Shown here: one piece after another, positions 30,588-39,619 of the stretch | Numbering within the stretch: the stretch's first letter is position 1 | How the letters are laid out: the number at the start of each line of letters is the position of its first letter | Assembly (NCBI GenBank): GCA_041178425.1 | Contig: JBEGVH010000010.1 | Span: forward strand, 32,001-96,000 | From: Pseudomonadota bacterium | GTDB taxonomy: Bacteria; Bdellovibrionota; Bdellovibrionia; Bdellovibrionales; Bdellovibrionaceae | Direction: 5' to 3' | DNA length: 64,000 bases | Program-made: the position numbers and the translations under genes | The notes under the pieces: model-generated | Seen by the model: only the letters and a program-made list of their open reading frames with translations | What the model was told of the DNA's origin: nothing | Databases searched by the model: none

Positions 30588-30621
30588 AATTACCCCCAGT
30601 GATTATCTCAACAGGAGAAAC

Positions 30622-30637
30622 AGCAAAGCCGATGCCA
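30622..30637 (-). promoter_or_regulatory. Sigma54 -24/-12 promoter of the fliL operon
   Basis: TGGCATCGGCTTTGCT has the exact GG-N10-GC spacing, 35 nt upstream of fliL. Confidence 0.8.
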
Positions 30638-30755
30638 ACACGACCAAGTGGTAGTAAACTGTAAAACTGAAATCGTTTTTGATAAATTTAGGAATTTTTC
30701 AAAACATAAGTCTTGAGACGCCGTCACTTTTTTGACTGACAAAGGTCGTTCGGGA

Positions 30756-31556
30756 TTAACTCTTGGAGATTATTTTGACGATGTCTTGATGGAAATATCC
30801 GTTGCTGGCGAGGATTGTCTTGTTCCATGGGTTGTAGACTCCCCCATCGAAGGTACTAAGCGAACCACCCGCTTCTTCAACGAGAATCTGTCCGCCCGCC
30901 ACGTCCCACGGACTAAGGTCCTGTTCCCAAAAAAAATCAAAAACACCTGATGCAACCATACAAAGATCAAACGCCGCGGAACCCGGCCGACGTATTCCTC
31001 TTGTGTTTTTTACCAGCCGCTCGAAGATGGGCAATTGCTCATTAAGAGTTTTCTCTTTTTCAGCGTTGAAACCAGTGGCGGCAAGCGACTGACTCATCTT
31101 GGACGTTTTACTGACTTCAATACGATGACCATTTAAATAGGCACCATGCCCCTTTCGCGCCCAGTAGGTTTCATTTAAGATCGGCACATCAATCACACCA
31201 ACAACAGGATGATGATTAATAACTAAGGCAATACTTATACAGAAAATAGGAAAACGATGAACATAATTGGTTGTACCATCTAATGGATCAACGACCCAGA
31301 TGCCTTTTTGGTCGCTCATTTGAAGCTTCGTGGGGTTGGCGTAAGCCTCTTCTTCACCTAAAAAACCGTATTCAGGAAAGGCATCCATTAAGTGGGTTTT
31401 AATGGCCAATTCAGAAGCGCGATCGGCTTCGCTCACTAACCCTGCCTGATGTTTAAACTCAACTTGGGAAAGGTTTCCATAATGATCTAATAGAATCGAT
31501 CTCGCCTTTTGGGCAGCTTGTCGAGCTGCAGCTAGCTCATGGTCATAAGAATTCAT
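30756..31556 (-). CDS. suhB: Inositol monophosphatase family protein
   Basis: GEE, WVVDPLDGTTNY, RRPGSAA and WDVAGG. Confidence 0.9.
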   Translation of the reverse strand: MNSYDHELAAARQAAQKARSILLDHYGNLSQVEFKHQAGLVSEADRASELAIKTHLMDAFPEYGFLGEEEAYANPTKLQMSDQKGIWVVDPLDGTTNYVHRFPIFCISIALVINHHPVVGVIDVPILNETYWARKGHGAYLNGHRIEVSKTSKMSQSLAATGFNAEKEKTLNEQLPIFERLVKNTRGIRRPGSAAFDLCMVASGVFDFFWEQDLSPWDVAGGQILVEEAGGSLSTFDGGVYNPWNKTILASNGYFHQDIVKIISKS

Positions 31557-31701
31557 AGTGACCCCTTCAAGATAACTTCCATCGTGCCTAGACCAAAGTT
31601 CGTAGTCAATTCAAATACTACAAATGAACTTGGGAACACGCCCTCCATCACGGTAATATCTTAACGGGGACACACCTCTCGAAAAATAGGAGAATTATAA
31701 A

Positions 31702-32574
31702 ATGAACGACTATAGAAATTCAGGGACGGATACCGTAGTTAAGATTGTGCTAGTTTTCTTCATTAGCTTACTCTCTTTCTCTATTGGAACTTTTGTTGGA
31801 AAAAAATTCAGCGACAACCAACATAAAATGGTTGCTTTAGAACCTACAAAACCAGCTGGAGAAGAAGTAGCTGAAGAGTCAAAGTCGCATGAAGCAACTG
31901 CTGCCGGTCATGAAACAGAGACGGCCGCTGCAAGTCATGAAACTGAATCGATCAACGATGATCAAGTAGCAGAGCTCGAACAGGAAATGACCAATCACGA
32001 AGAACTCGCGTCAGCGACTTCTCCAGAAAAGCATGATGGTTCTGAGGCTCAAGGCCACGAACGCACTCCTGCAAGTGCAGAGGCTACTGAAACTGAGAAG
32101 ACTACAGAAACTGCCGCAAGCCATGAGACCGAAAAGCATAGCGAGAAAGTCGCTGACAAACATAGCGCAAAAACAGCCGAAAAAGCTGTCGTCGAAAAGT
32201 CTATTGAAAAGCATGAGAAGCCTGCCGCTAAGACAGCTGAAAAAGCCGTGGAAAAGCCTGTGGAAAAAGTGGTTGAAGCTCCTGCCGCTAAAAAGACGAG
32301 TATTCTTGCCAAGGAACTTGCCGCTCAAGGTCTAGGAAAATTCACGATTCAAATCGCATCTTATCCTTCACTCGAAGAAGCAGAAAAGAAAGTGCATGAG
32401 CTTAGAGCTTTGAAATTTGAATCCTTCGCAACGGAAGCCAGTGTTAAAGGCCACTCTTGGTACCGCGTAAACGTGGGAATGTTTACAACGGTAAAGGAAG
32501 CCCAGGCTCATAAAAATCTTCTCTCCGAACGTGCTAAAGTTTCTACTGCTATCATCCAAAAGATCACTAAGTAA
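31702..32574 (+). CDS. Membrane-anchored SPOR domain protein
   Basis: N-terminal TM, a Glu/His/Lys/Ala-rich linker and a C-terminal FTIQIASY...WYRVNVG.F SPOR domain. Confidence 0.85.
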   Translation: MNDYRNSGTDTVVKIVLVFFISLLSFSIGTFVGKKFSDNQHKMVALEPTKPAGEEVAEESKSHEATAAGHETETAAASHETESINDDQVAELEQEMTNHEELASATSPEKHDGSEAQGHERTPASAEATETEKTTETAASHETEKHSEKVADKHSAKTAEKAVVEKSIEKHEKPAAKTAEKAVEKPVEKVVEAPAAKKTSILAKELAAQGLGKFTIQIASYPSLEEAEKKVHELRALKFESFATEASVKGHSWYRVNVGMFTTVKEAQAHKNLLSERAKVSTAIIQKITK

Positions 32575-32577
32575 CCA

Positions 32578-33414
32578 ATGTCTGATAATTTTTCAAAAGG
32601 CTCGGGGGATTCTGACAAGTCCCCCTACGCTTTAAGTCGAAGCGAAAAAAAAGGCATTGCTGGCTTTCTTGAGACCCTACTGAGAAAATTCAAAACGCTG
32701 ATGCAACTAACATTGATCATTCCTCTCTATGGGGTGGCCTCCGTCATTTTAGGTATTTCGATTGTTCCAGGGGTCATCATCGTTCGAGAAGCTCATCTCT
32801 TTTCAGCGTCGTACTCTCCACTTATCAGTGCATTCATTATTGGTGCAGCCTTGGTAGCTTCCTTCTTTGCCTGCGGTTTTACAGCAATGATTGTACTACC
32901 CATTATCAACAAGCTGTTTGTGGGCAAGCTCAAGCAATGGAAGGGCCCATACTATTCGCTCGAAGCGATTCGCTGGTATATTCATAATGGCATTTTATAC
33001 TTGCTTAGATATTCCTTCTTGGAATTTGTTACGCCTTCGCCGTTTGGGCTTTGGTTTTATACGGCCATGGGAATGAAGGTCGGAAGAAACTCAGTTATTA
33101 ACTCTACGCACATCTCCGATCCCTCTCTCATTCAAATTGGCCATCGAGTCACCATCGGTGGCTCTGCAACGATTGTTGCTCACTATGGGCAAGCAGGGTT
33201 TCTTGTACTTTCTCCAGTTTTGATTGAAGACGATGTCACCATTGGCCTACGAGCCACCGTGATGGGTGGAGTTAAAATCAGAAAAGGCGCAAAAATTTTA
33301 CCCAATTCGGTAGTGATGCCAAAAACTGAAGTGCCTGCGGGAGAAATTTGGGGGGGCGTACCCGCCCACAAACTGGATCTCAAAAAAATGGTATCTCCAG
33401 AACATTCCGAGTGA
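32578..33414 (+). CDS. Membrane-bound hexapeptide-repeat (left-handed beta-helix) acyltransferase
   Basis: Two TM segments, then MGMKVG..., IGHRVTIG, IEDDVTIG and WGGVPA. Confidence 0.75.
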   Translation: MSDNFSKGSGDSDKSPYALSRSEKKGIAGFLETLLRKFKTLMQLTLIIPLYGVASVILGISIVPGVIIVREAHLFSASYSPLISAFIIGAALVASFFACGFTAMIVLPIINKLFVGKLKQWKGPYYSLEAIRWYIHNGILYLLRYSFLEFVTPSPFGLWFYTAMGMKVGRNSVINSTHISDPSLIQIGHRVTIGGSATIVAHYGQAGFLVLSPVLIEDDVTIGLRATVMGGVKIRKGAKILPNSVVMPKTEVPAGEIWGGVPAHKLDLKKMVSPEHSE

Positions 33415-33424
33415 TTAAACTAAT

Positions 33425-34753
33425 TCAAAGAACGGCGCCAGGGAATTGGCCCGTGCCGCTCGTTACGTTGCCATTTCCATCAAAGATTGATGACCACCCG
33501 GAAGTGTCTTCCCAATCATAGAAATCGTGGTTAGGAAAGGAAGGGAAATCAGTTTCGTTACCACTTTTGTTATCTTCGCTAGACGACGGCTCCGTTAAAT
33601 TTTCCACTGCAGTTTTAAGCTCCGAATACGTATTCCATTCTCTGATCTGAAGCTTAATTCTGGCTGTAATTTCGAACGCATGGTCCGCACATAGCATCGT
33701 ATAATAGCGTGGATCTGCATAATTGGCGCGCCATAAATATCCGGGTGGGTAGGCAGAATCATAATAATTCAAAATATCAGAAAAAGCCCTGGGTACCGCA
33801 CCATTTTTATAGGTGGCTAAATAACGGGTGGTGCCTAAACCTTTTGTAATCAGACTGGGAACATCAAAACTGCCAAAATTTTTGGTCGGGGTAGAATCAG
33901 CTAATTTAATTTTGATCCCGTCAAGAATCTCAAGAGGCGATTGAAAGGTATTGTCGTTGTCATTTTTAAACTGACTACCAACTTGTTCTTTCATTCTCCA
34001 AACAAGCACAGCTGGCCAACCTTCGGCATTCAATGGATTGAGACTCATTGCTGGTCCATTGAGGCAATTGCTATGCTTTCCACCCCAATTTTTAGTACTG
34101 AGGGTCTTGGTCGTTATTCCACCGGATTTCACTATTGCTAATTCGGTGTATTCACCCTCGCAGCAATTAGGTCCGTAGGGAGCATAGTTATAGGAGCAGG
34201 TGTATCCACCCTCAATCATTTCGATATAAGGATTGGCTTTCACTTTTCCGGAGTCGTAGTAACCCGCAACAGATGTTGTTCCGGCATCCGTATCTTGATT
34301 GTATTCTACGTAAATGGGCTCAATATGGGGTTTTGCTGGTATAGGATTATCTGCCGAATCATTTCTAGGAGGTTCATACTGAAAAAAATAAGGCGCCATC
34401 GTTGCAGCATAAGGGCACTTAATATGGGCTGGCACATTGTATTCAATATTCATCCCGATGTGCATCAAATCGAGCTCAGTGCTCTCGACGACGCAAGAAA
34501 TATCTCGTTCTGCCGGATTCGTCGAATCTAGATCAACCTTACATTGTTTAGACCAGTCTCCCGATTGGTGAGTGAATCGGAGGGCCCCCGTCTCTGCTTT
34601 GTGATGCAGCCAAAGATAGTTATTAGCGGGTGGGGTATCAACGACTGGCACGTCGGTAGAACCTGTTTCAAAGGTATCCACTGTTTTTTTGGAACAACCA
34701 GCGGCCAAGGCCAAAATAGAAATTGTCGAAATGAACTTGTTTCTTTTTCTCAT
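33425..34753 (-). CDS. Hypothetical Cys-containing lipoprotein
   Basis: 442-aa ORF with lipobox LAAGC; no recognisable domain. Confidence 0.65.
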   Translation of the reverse strand: MRKRNKFISTISILALAAGCSKKTVDTFETGSTDVPVVDTPPANNYLWLHHKAETGALRFTHQSGDWSKQCKVDLDSTNPAERDISCVVESTELDLMHIGMNIEYNVPAHIKCPYAATMAPYFFQYEPPRNDSADNPIPAKPHIEPIYVEYNQDTDAGTTSVAGYYDSGKVKANPYIEMIEGGYTCSYNYAPYGPNCCEGEYTELAIVKSGGITTKTLSTKNWGGKHSNCLNGPAMSLNPLNAEGWPAVLVWRMKEQVGSQFKNDNDNTFQSPLEILDGIKIKLADSTPTKNFGSFDVPSLITKGLGTTRYLATYKNGAVPRAFSDILNYYDSAYPPGYLWRANYADPRYYTMLCADHAFEITARIKLQIREWNTYSELKTAVENLTEPSSSEDNKSGNETDFPSFPNHDFYDWEDTSGWSSIFDGNGNVTSGTGQFPGAVL

Positions 34754-34922
34754 ATATAAAGTGAAACCTAATCCCAGCTCTTTGGCTAGTCTGGAGATTA
34801 TCTCGACTCATTGAACAAAAAATATTTGGTAAATACTCCTTAACCCTCAGCCACATTAGACCTTGATCTTAGTCTTTAGAATTAGACTCCCCTGACGGTC
34901 GGGAGCCCTTTAACCTATAGTT

Positions 34923-35789
34923 ATGAAGCAAGGACTGCGAGCGTTTTTTATCTTATTATTTTCATTGAGCAATCTTCAATGCGCTAATATTTTGGAGCCC
35001 TTGTCAGAAAAAGACTCCGACAAAATGCTCCTTTATGAAGCTAAAAAAAATATCGATGAACGCGATTTTTCTAAAGCGATAGAAAATCTCGATCAATTGA
35101 GCGACGCCTATAAAAGCCAAAATGACGTTAAGATAACGTATGCGAGTGCTTATGCTGGTGCCTGCGGAATGGAATTTATTCCATTTTTCAACAGCATCTC
35201 GAATGTTGATGGCTCAATGACAATATTTAAATTTCTCCGAAGTTCTTTTACCGATAAGGCCGCTTATCCCGATTCGTGCAAAAATGCAGAAACAAAAATA
35301 AGAGAGATTGGCACTACAGAGGCCCTTCGATTAACCGCCATGAATGGAGCCAAAGACATCAACATGCTCATGGCCCTTGTTTCAATGGCAAAGGTTGGAG
35401 GCCTTCTGAGGAACAAATCAGATGTTGATGGAACGAATTCAAATGGAGATGGCACTACCGACGCTAGTTTTACCGCCTGCGATAGTAACAAAATTTCTGA
35501 TGATGAAATCATCGAAGTGGCCACTGGATTTGGTCTTCTCATCGAGAACCTGCCCTCACTTCTCGGAGCCAGTAACTCAACGTCGACCAATTTAGATTCA
35601 GTCGCGACCGCCATAAATACCCTTTGTGCCCCAGAAACCTGTGTGATTCTCAACGAAAGCGACATTGCTGATAATACTCAACGCACTAAAATTCTTACTA
35701 ACTATCGAAAGCTCCTAGAAAGTACTGATGCTGGTCTGGAAGGATCAAGCGCCTGTACTTTAACGACTCCGCCGGGATGTTGCCCTTGA
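34923..35789 (+). CDS. Hypothetical lipoprotein with a TPR-like N-terminus
   Basis: Signal peptide ending NLQC; helical repeat; several Cys; overlaps the next gene. Confidence 0.65.
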   Translation: MKQGLRAFFILLFSLSNLQCANILEPLSEKDSDKMLLYEAKKNIDERDFSKAIENLDQLSDAYKSQNDVKITYASAYAGACGMEFIPFFNSISNVDGSMTIFKFLRSSFTDKAAYPDSCKNAETKIREIGTTEALRLTAMNGAKDINMLMALVSMAKVGGLLRNKSDVDGTNSNGDGTTDASFTACDSNKISDDEIIEVATGFGLLIENLPSLLGASNSTSTNLDSVATAINTLCAPETCVILNESDIADNTQRTKILTNYRKLLESTDAGLEGSSACTLTTPPGCCP

Positions 35790-36910
35790 CTAAACCGAGC
35801 CTTTTTTGTTTGATCATCACTAGTTTAATCTCGACGACTGTTAAATCAGCCGAGTTTTTTGAATACGGACAATCCATCCGAGCCCTCGGCATGGGCAATG
35901 CTTACTCAGCTGTTGCCAAAGATGGCGATTCCTTATTTTACAACCCTGCCGGACTGGGGCGATCTTCTGGCATCAACTTAACTCTTCTCAATATGAACCT
36001 CGGCCTAAATGGTGAAAATGCTTATAACACCGTACAAAAGGTTTCTCAGTCGACGGGAACTGGGGTTGATAAATTTTCAGAAATTTTTGGTGAACAGCTT
36101 TGGCTCGGTGCTGGAGGAAAAGTAACCCTGACACTCCCTAATTTCGGAATGGGGATTTATGATTCTGGCAGCTCGGGGATTGAATTAAAAGATCCAATCT
36201 TGCCTTATTTTGATATCAACTATGTGAATGATTATGGAATTGTTGTGGGTAGTGCTTTTAAAATTGGGCCTCATTCGCATTTTGGAATCAATGCAAAAAG
36301 AATCAACAGAACCGGAGGACAGCAAGATTTTGGAATCTCAACCTTTTTGAATGGCGACACGCAAACAATTCAAGATAACATTCAAAAAAAGGGTGTTGGT
36401 TACGGAGCCGACATTGGCTTTAGCTGGGAGATTCCCGCTCCTTTTAATCCTGTTGTCTCAGGTGTTTGGAAAGACATTGGAACGACCACTTTTTTGAAGG
36501 TGGGTGGTTCAGAAAAACCACCAAGAATCCTCGACGATCAGACCATTGGGGTGGCTGCTGGTTTTGATTTAGCACTCTTCGGACTTACCACCGCCATCGA
36601 TATCAAACATATCAATGCGACCTCGGAGCCCTTTGGTAAAAAGCTTCACATGGGACTTGAACTTGATCTTCCTCTCCTTGATCTTCGAGGCGGATTCAGT
36701 CAGGGATATTATTCCATAGGAGCTTCTGTTGATTTGCTCTTAATGCAGCTTGATTTGGCCTATTACGGCGTAGAACTCGGAGAGTATCCTGGACAGGATG
36801 AAGATCGTCGAATCTTGCTCGCCCTCACCATGGATCTCGGATTTGATGCTAATCTTAATTTCTTGGACTTTAATTCGAGCAAAGGTAAAAGGCTCAAGCG
36901 CCGCCGATAA
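35777..36910 (+). CDS. Outer-membrane beta-barrel, FadL/PorV/TraF-like
   Basis: RALGMGNAYSAVA.D..SLFYNPAGL N-terminal motif; alternating beta-strand pattern. Confidence 0.7.
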   Translation: MLPLTKPSLFCLIITSLISTTVKSAEFFEYGQSIRALGMGNAYSAVAKDGDSLFYNPAGLGRSSGINLTLLNMNLGLNGENAYNTVQKVSQSTGTGVDKFSEIFGEQLWLGAGGKVTLTLPNFGMGIYDSGSSGIELKDPILPYFDINYVNDYGIVVGSAFKIGPHSHFGINAKRINRTGGQQDFGISTFLNGDTQTIQDNIQKKGVGYGADIGFSWEIPAPFNPVVSGVWKDIGTTTFLKVGGSEKPPRILDDQTIGVAAGFDLALFGLTTAIDIKHINATSEPFGKKLHMGLELDLPLLDLRGGFSQGYYSIGASVDLLLMQLDLAYYGVELGEYPGQDEDRRILLALTMDLGFDANLNFLDFNSSKGKRLKRRR

Positions 36911-36976
36911 AAAAGTCTATCAGCATCAGCGCCTCGGTCTCTTGATTTTTCAAACAAAACATGAGCTAAGTGAATC

Positions 36977-39619
36977 ATGTTAGAGTTGAAAACCTATCAA
37001 TCACTTCACGATAAAAATTCTTTTCTAAAGTCTCAAGACTTCAGTAAGACCTCCCTTATTGTTTCCGATTTATCTACTAAACTTTTTTGGCAAGACTTCC
37101 TCCTTAAAAAAAATGGATTCATCGCCGGACCGCAAATCCTAAGAGCAGAAGACTTTTGGAAGCTTTTATTGCAACGATCCTCACCCGATATTGAAATCGT
37201 TAGCAAGAGCTGGCTTATTGCCTATTTGAAGAAAACCCTAACGCCGGACTTTTTAAGCCAATATGGCCTCCCGTTCACAAAGCCTGCATCCGTGTTCAAT
37301 GCGATCAATGAGCTGCTTCCCATTTTATGTCATCCCGATTCGAATGAAATAATGTTCCACTGGTTTGGCGAGGTGATGAACAACGACTGTACCTGGGAGT
37401 CTTGGTATCGAATCTCTGCGGCCCTTTGGGAAGATTTTAAAAAACATCAAGTTCTGCTATCTGACTGGGCGTCGGCCTATCTCATCCAGTCTTCTTTTCA
37501 CCATCAGTTTTGGGACAGGAATCTTATCATTGATTTAGGGCCAGAGATTAGAACCATTGAAGTTGAACTGATTAACACTCTGGCCACCAAGCTAAATATT
37601 TGCGTTCTAACCCCTCAACCCAGCTTTATGTCAGAATTTCATTGGATTAAATTTCCTTATGAGGACTTTCACCTTAAAGCTCATCATCGAAGTGAATTGC
37701 CTCAAGCGAAACGCTCCACTCCAGTGCGCCTCTACCGTCGATTCACAAGTCAGTTGGCGGAAGTAAAATTCGTGGTGGGTCAACTACGCACCTGGTTGGA
37801 TCAGGGAATAGCGCTCGAAACCTGCGCAATCGTCGCACCCGATATTGAAGCCTACTGGCCCGTCCTTCGCTGGCACTTGAAAAAAGAAGGACTGGAATTC
37901 AACAAAAAACACACGATCATTGCCAGCACTTTAGGCTCTATTGTTGCCTGGGTTTCAAAAATAAAAAAACTATCAAAAGCCTCCTTAAAATCGGAAGAAC
38001 TTGAACTGGCTGACTTTCACCCGCTCAATCACAGTGATGCAAAATACCTTGAACACCGAAAGCTTTGGTCAAAACGTTTGCCACCAATAGATATCAAAGG
38101 CGATGTGGTTAGTAGTTCGATTGATTGTAATCAATTTATCGACTGGGCTATTAAGTTCGCAACACCAGAACTTTTTTCTAATGGCAAAATAGAAGACCTT
38201 CTGAAGCGTTGGCTTATTGAGAGCCAAAGTTTAGGACTACTCTCATTGCGCCAATGGGTTGAATACCTCGAAGATTATTTGGGTAATACTGAAATCACAT
38301 TAGATAATGAATTGGATTATGGCTTGGGAATCTATTCGCTGATGAATGGAATTCCCGAGGAAAGAGAGAATCTGATTTTTCTTGGCTGTTCCGAATCACA
38401 ATTAAAATCCAGTGCTGGCCTCCTCAAGGGCGCTGAAGTATTGAGTCTTAAGCATCACACAGGCCACCTTCTCCCACATCCAGATAGAGATTTTCGAGAA
38501 TACCAATTAAATATGCTGCTCGCCCATGGCAAGGAACAAGTTTTTTGCTTTCCTGAGTCTACTTTTAGTGGCGCAGAATTAGTGCCTTCTATTTTTTGGT
38601 TGAATGGACGCGAATTGAGTAACGAGGGGCTTAACAAAATTGATGGGTGGAGAAACTCAGCCTGGGAGCAATATCTTCTGCACAGCGAATCAATAGAACA
38701 AAGACCTGTCGAAATTGCGACAAGATTACCATTGGCATTTACTCTTTCACCAGGTTCAGTTCAAAACTATCAAAAATGCCCTTTTTTATTCTTAGCAGAA
38801 AAAGGCCTCCGTCTCGAAGATACTCCGATCGTGGATCTCGACCTCAACCCAAGGACGAAGGGTTCGATTCACCACAGACTCATTGAGCTTTTAGTTGTCG
38901 AGCCATTTGACGCCATTGAAATCGAAAAAAACCTACCAGATTTTGTAGACCTTTGCCTAAAGGAAAATGACCAGTGGTTTTTCTCTGAATCATCGAAGCG
39001 GCTAAGTAAAAAACAATTGGAAGATTTTGGTCGCCGCTTTATAGCTTTCGAAGCTCAGTACAGAAAAGAAAATAAAGATTTTTATACCTTTGCAAAGGAA
39101 GCCTGGTTCAAACGAGAAATAGAAATAAATGGGCAAAAGATTCTGTTTCGTGGAAAAATTGATCGCATTGACATCTCAAAGGACCACAAATATGCCGTCG
39201 TGATAGACTATAAAAACGATTTGGCAAAGCTCCATCACTTTAATAAGTGGTTTGATTTTTTGGAATTTCAGTTGCTCGCGTACACATCCAGTGTTGAACG
39301 GGGTTTTGCGTTGGTCTCCGAGACCGAACCGATGCCCCCAACCACTGTAGTGGCCGCCCACTATATGGGACTCAAAGACTTTTCGCGAAAAGGATTTACG
39401 CTTCAAGACATTCCCGAAGGAATAGTTAGCGGTACTACGACCTCTGCTAGCCTATCTCCAGTCGGGAAAGAAAAACTTTTAGAGGAGTTTGAAACTCTTC
39501 TCCATGACACGGCCATAAAGATTTTAAACGGACATTTTCCTGCAAATCCGCACCCAACAACCCAATGCCAGAATTGTGCATGGAGATACTTGTGTCGAGC
39601 TCAAAATCCGAATTTGTAA
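36977..39619 (+). CDS. addB: AddB-like PD-(D/E)XK nuclease subunit with Fe-S cysteines
   Basis: LSPGS...Y.KCPF, RGKIDRID, IDYK and QL..Y; C-terminal CQNCAWRYLC. Confidence 0.8.
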   Translation: MLELKTYQSLHDKNSFLKSQDFSKTSLIVSDLSTKLFWQDFLLKKNGFIAGPQILRAEDFWKLLLQRSSPDIEIVSKSWLIAYLKKTLTPDFLSQYGLPFTKPASVFNAINELLPILCHPDSNEIMFHWFGEVMNNDCTWESWYRISAALWEDFKKHQVLLSDWASAYLIQSSFHHQFWDRNLIIDLGPEIRTIEVELINTLATKLNICVLTPQPSFMSEFHWIKFPYEDFHLKAHHRSELPQAKRSTPVRLYRRFTSQLAEVKFVVGQLRTWLDQGIALETCAIVAPDIEAYWPVLRWHLKKEGLEFNKKHTIIASTLGSIVAWVSKIKKLSKASLKSEELELADFHPLNHSDAKYLEHRKLWSKRLPPIDIKGDVVSSSIDCNQFIDWAIKFATPELFSNGKIEDLLKRWLIESQSLGLLSLRQWVEYLEDYLGNTEITLDNELDYGLGIYSLMNGIPEERENLIFLGCSESQLKSSAGLLKGAEVLSLKHHTGHLLPHPDRDFREYQLNMLLAHGKEQVFCFPESTFSGAELVPSIFWLNGRELSNEGLNKIDGWRNSAWEQYLLHSESIEQRPVEIATRLPLAFTLSPGSVQNYQKCPFLFLAEKGLRLEDTPIVDLDLNPRTKGSIHHRLIELLVVEPFDAIEIEKNLPDFVDLCLKENDQWFFSESSKRLSKKQLEDFGRRFIAFEAQYRKENKDFYTFAKEAWFKREIEINGQKILFRGKIDRIDISKDHKYAVVIDYKNDLAKLHHFNKWFDFLEFQLLAYTSSVERGFALVSETEPMPPTTVVAAHYMGLKDFSRKGFTLQDIPEGIVSGTTTSASLSPVGKEKLLEEFETLLHDTAIKILNGHFPANPHPTTQCQNCAWRYLCRAQNPNL

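Noticed and set aside
35777..36910. TraF-like barrel as evidence of conjugation
   Set aside because: No other tra, T4SS or relaxase genes are present, and the motif is shared by FadL/PorV-type barrels.
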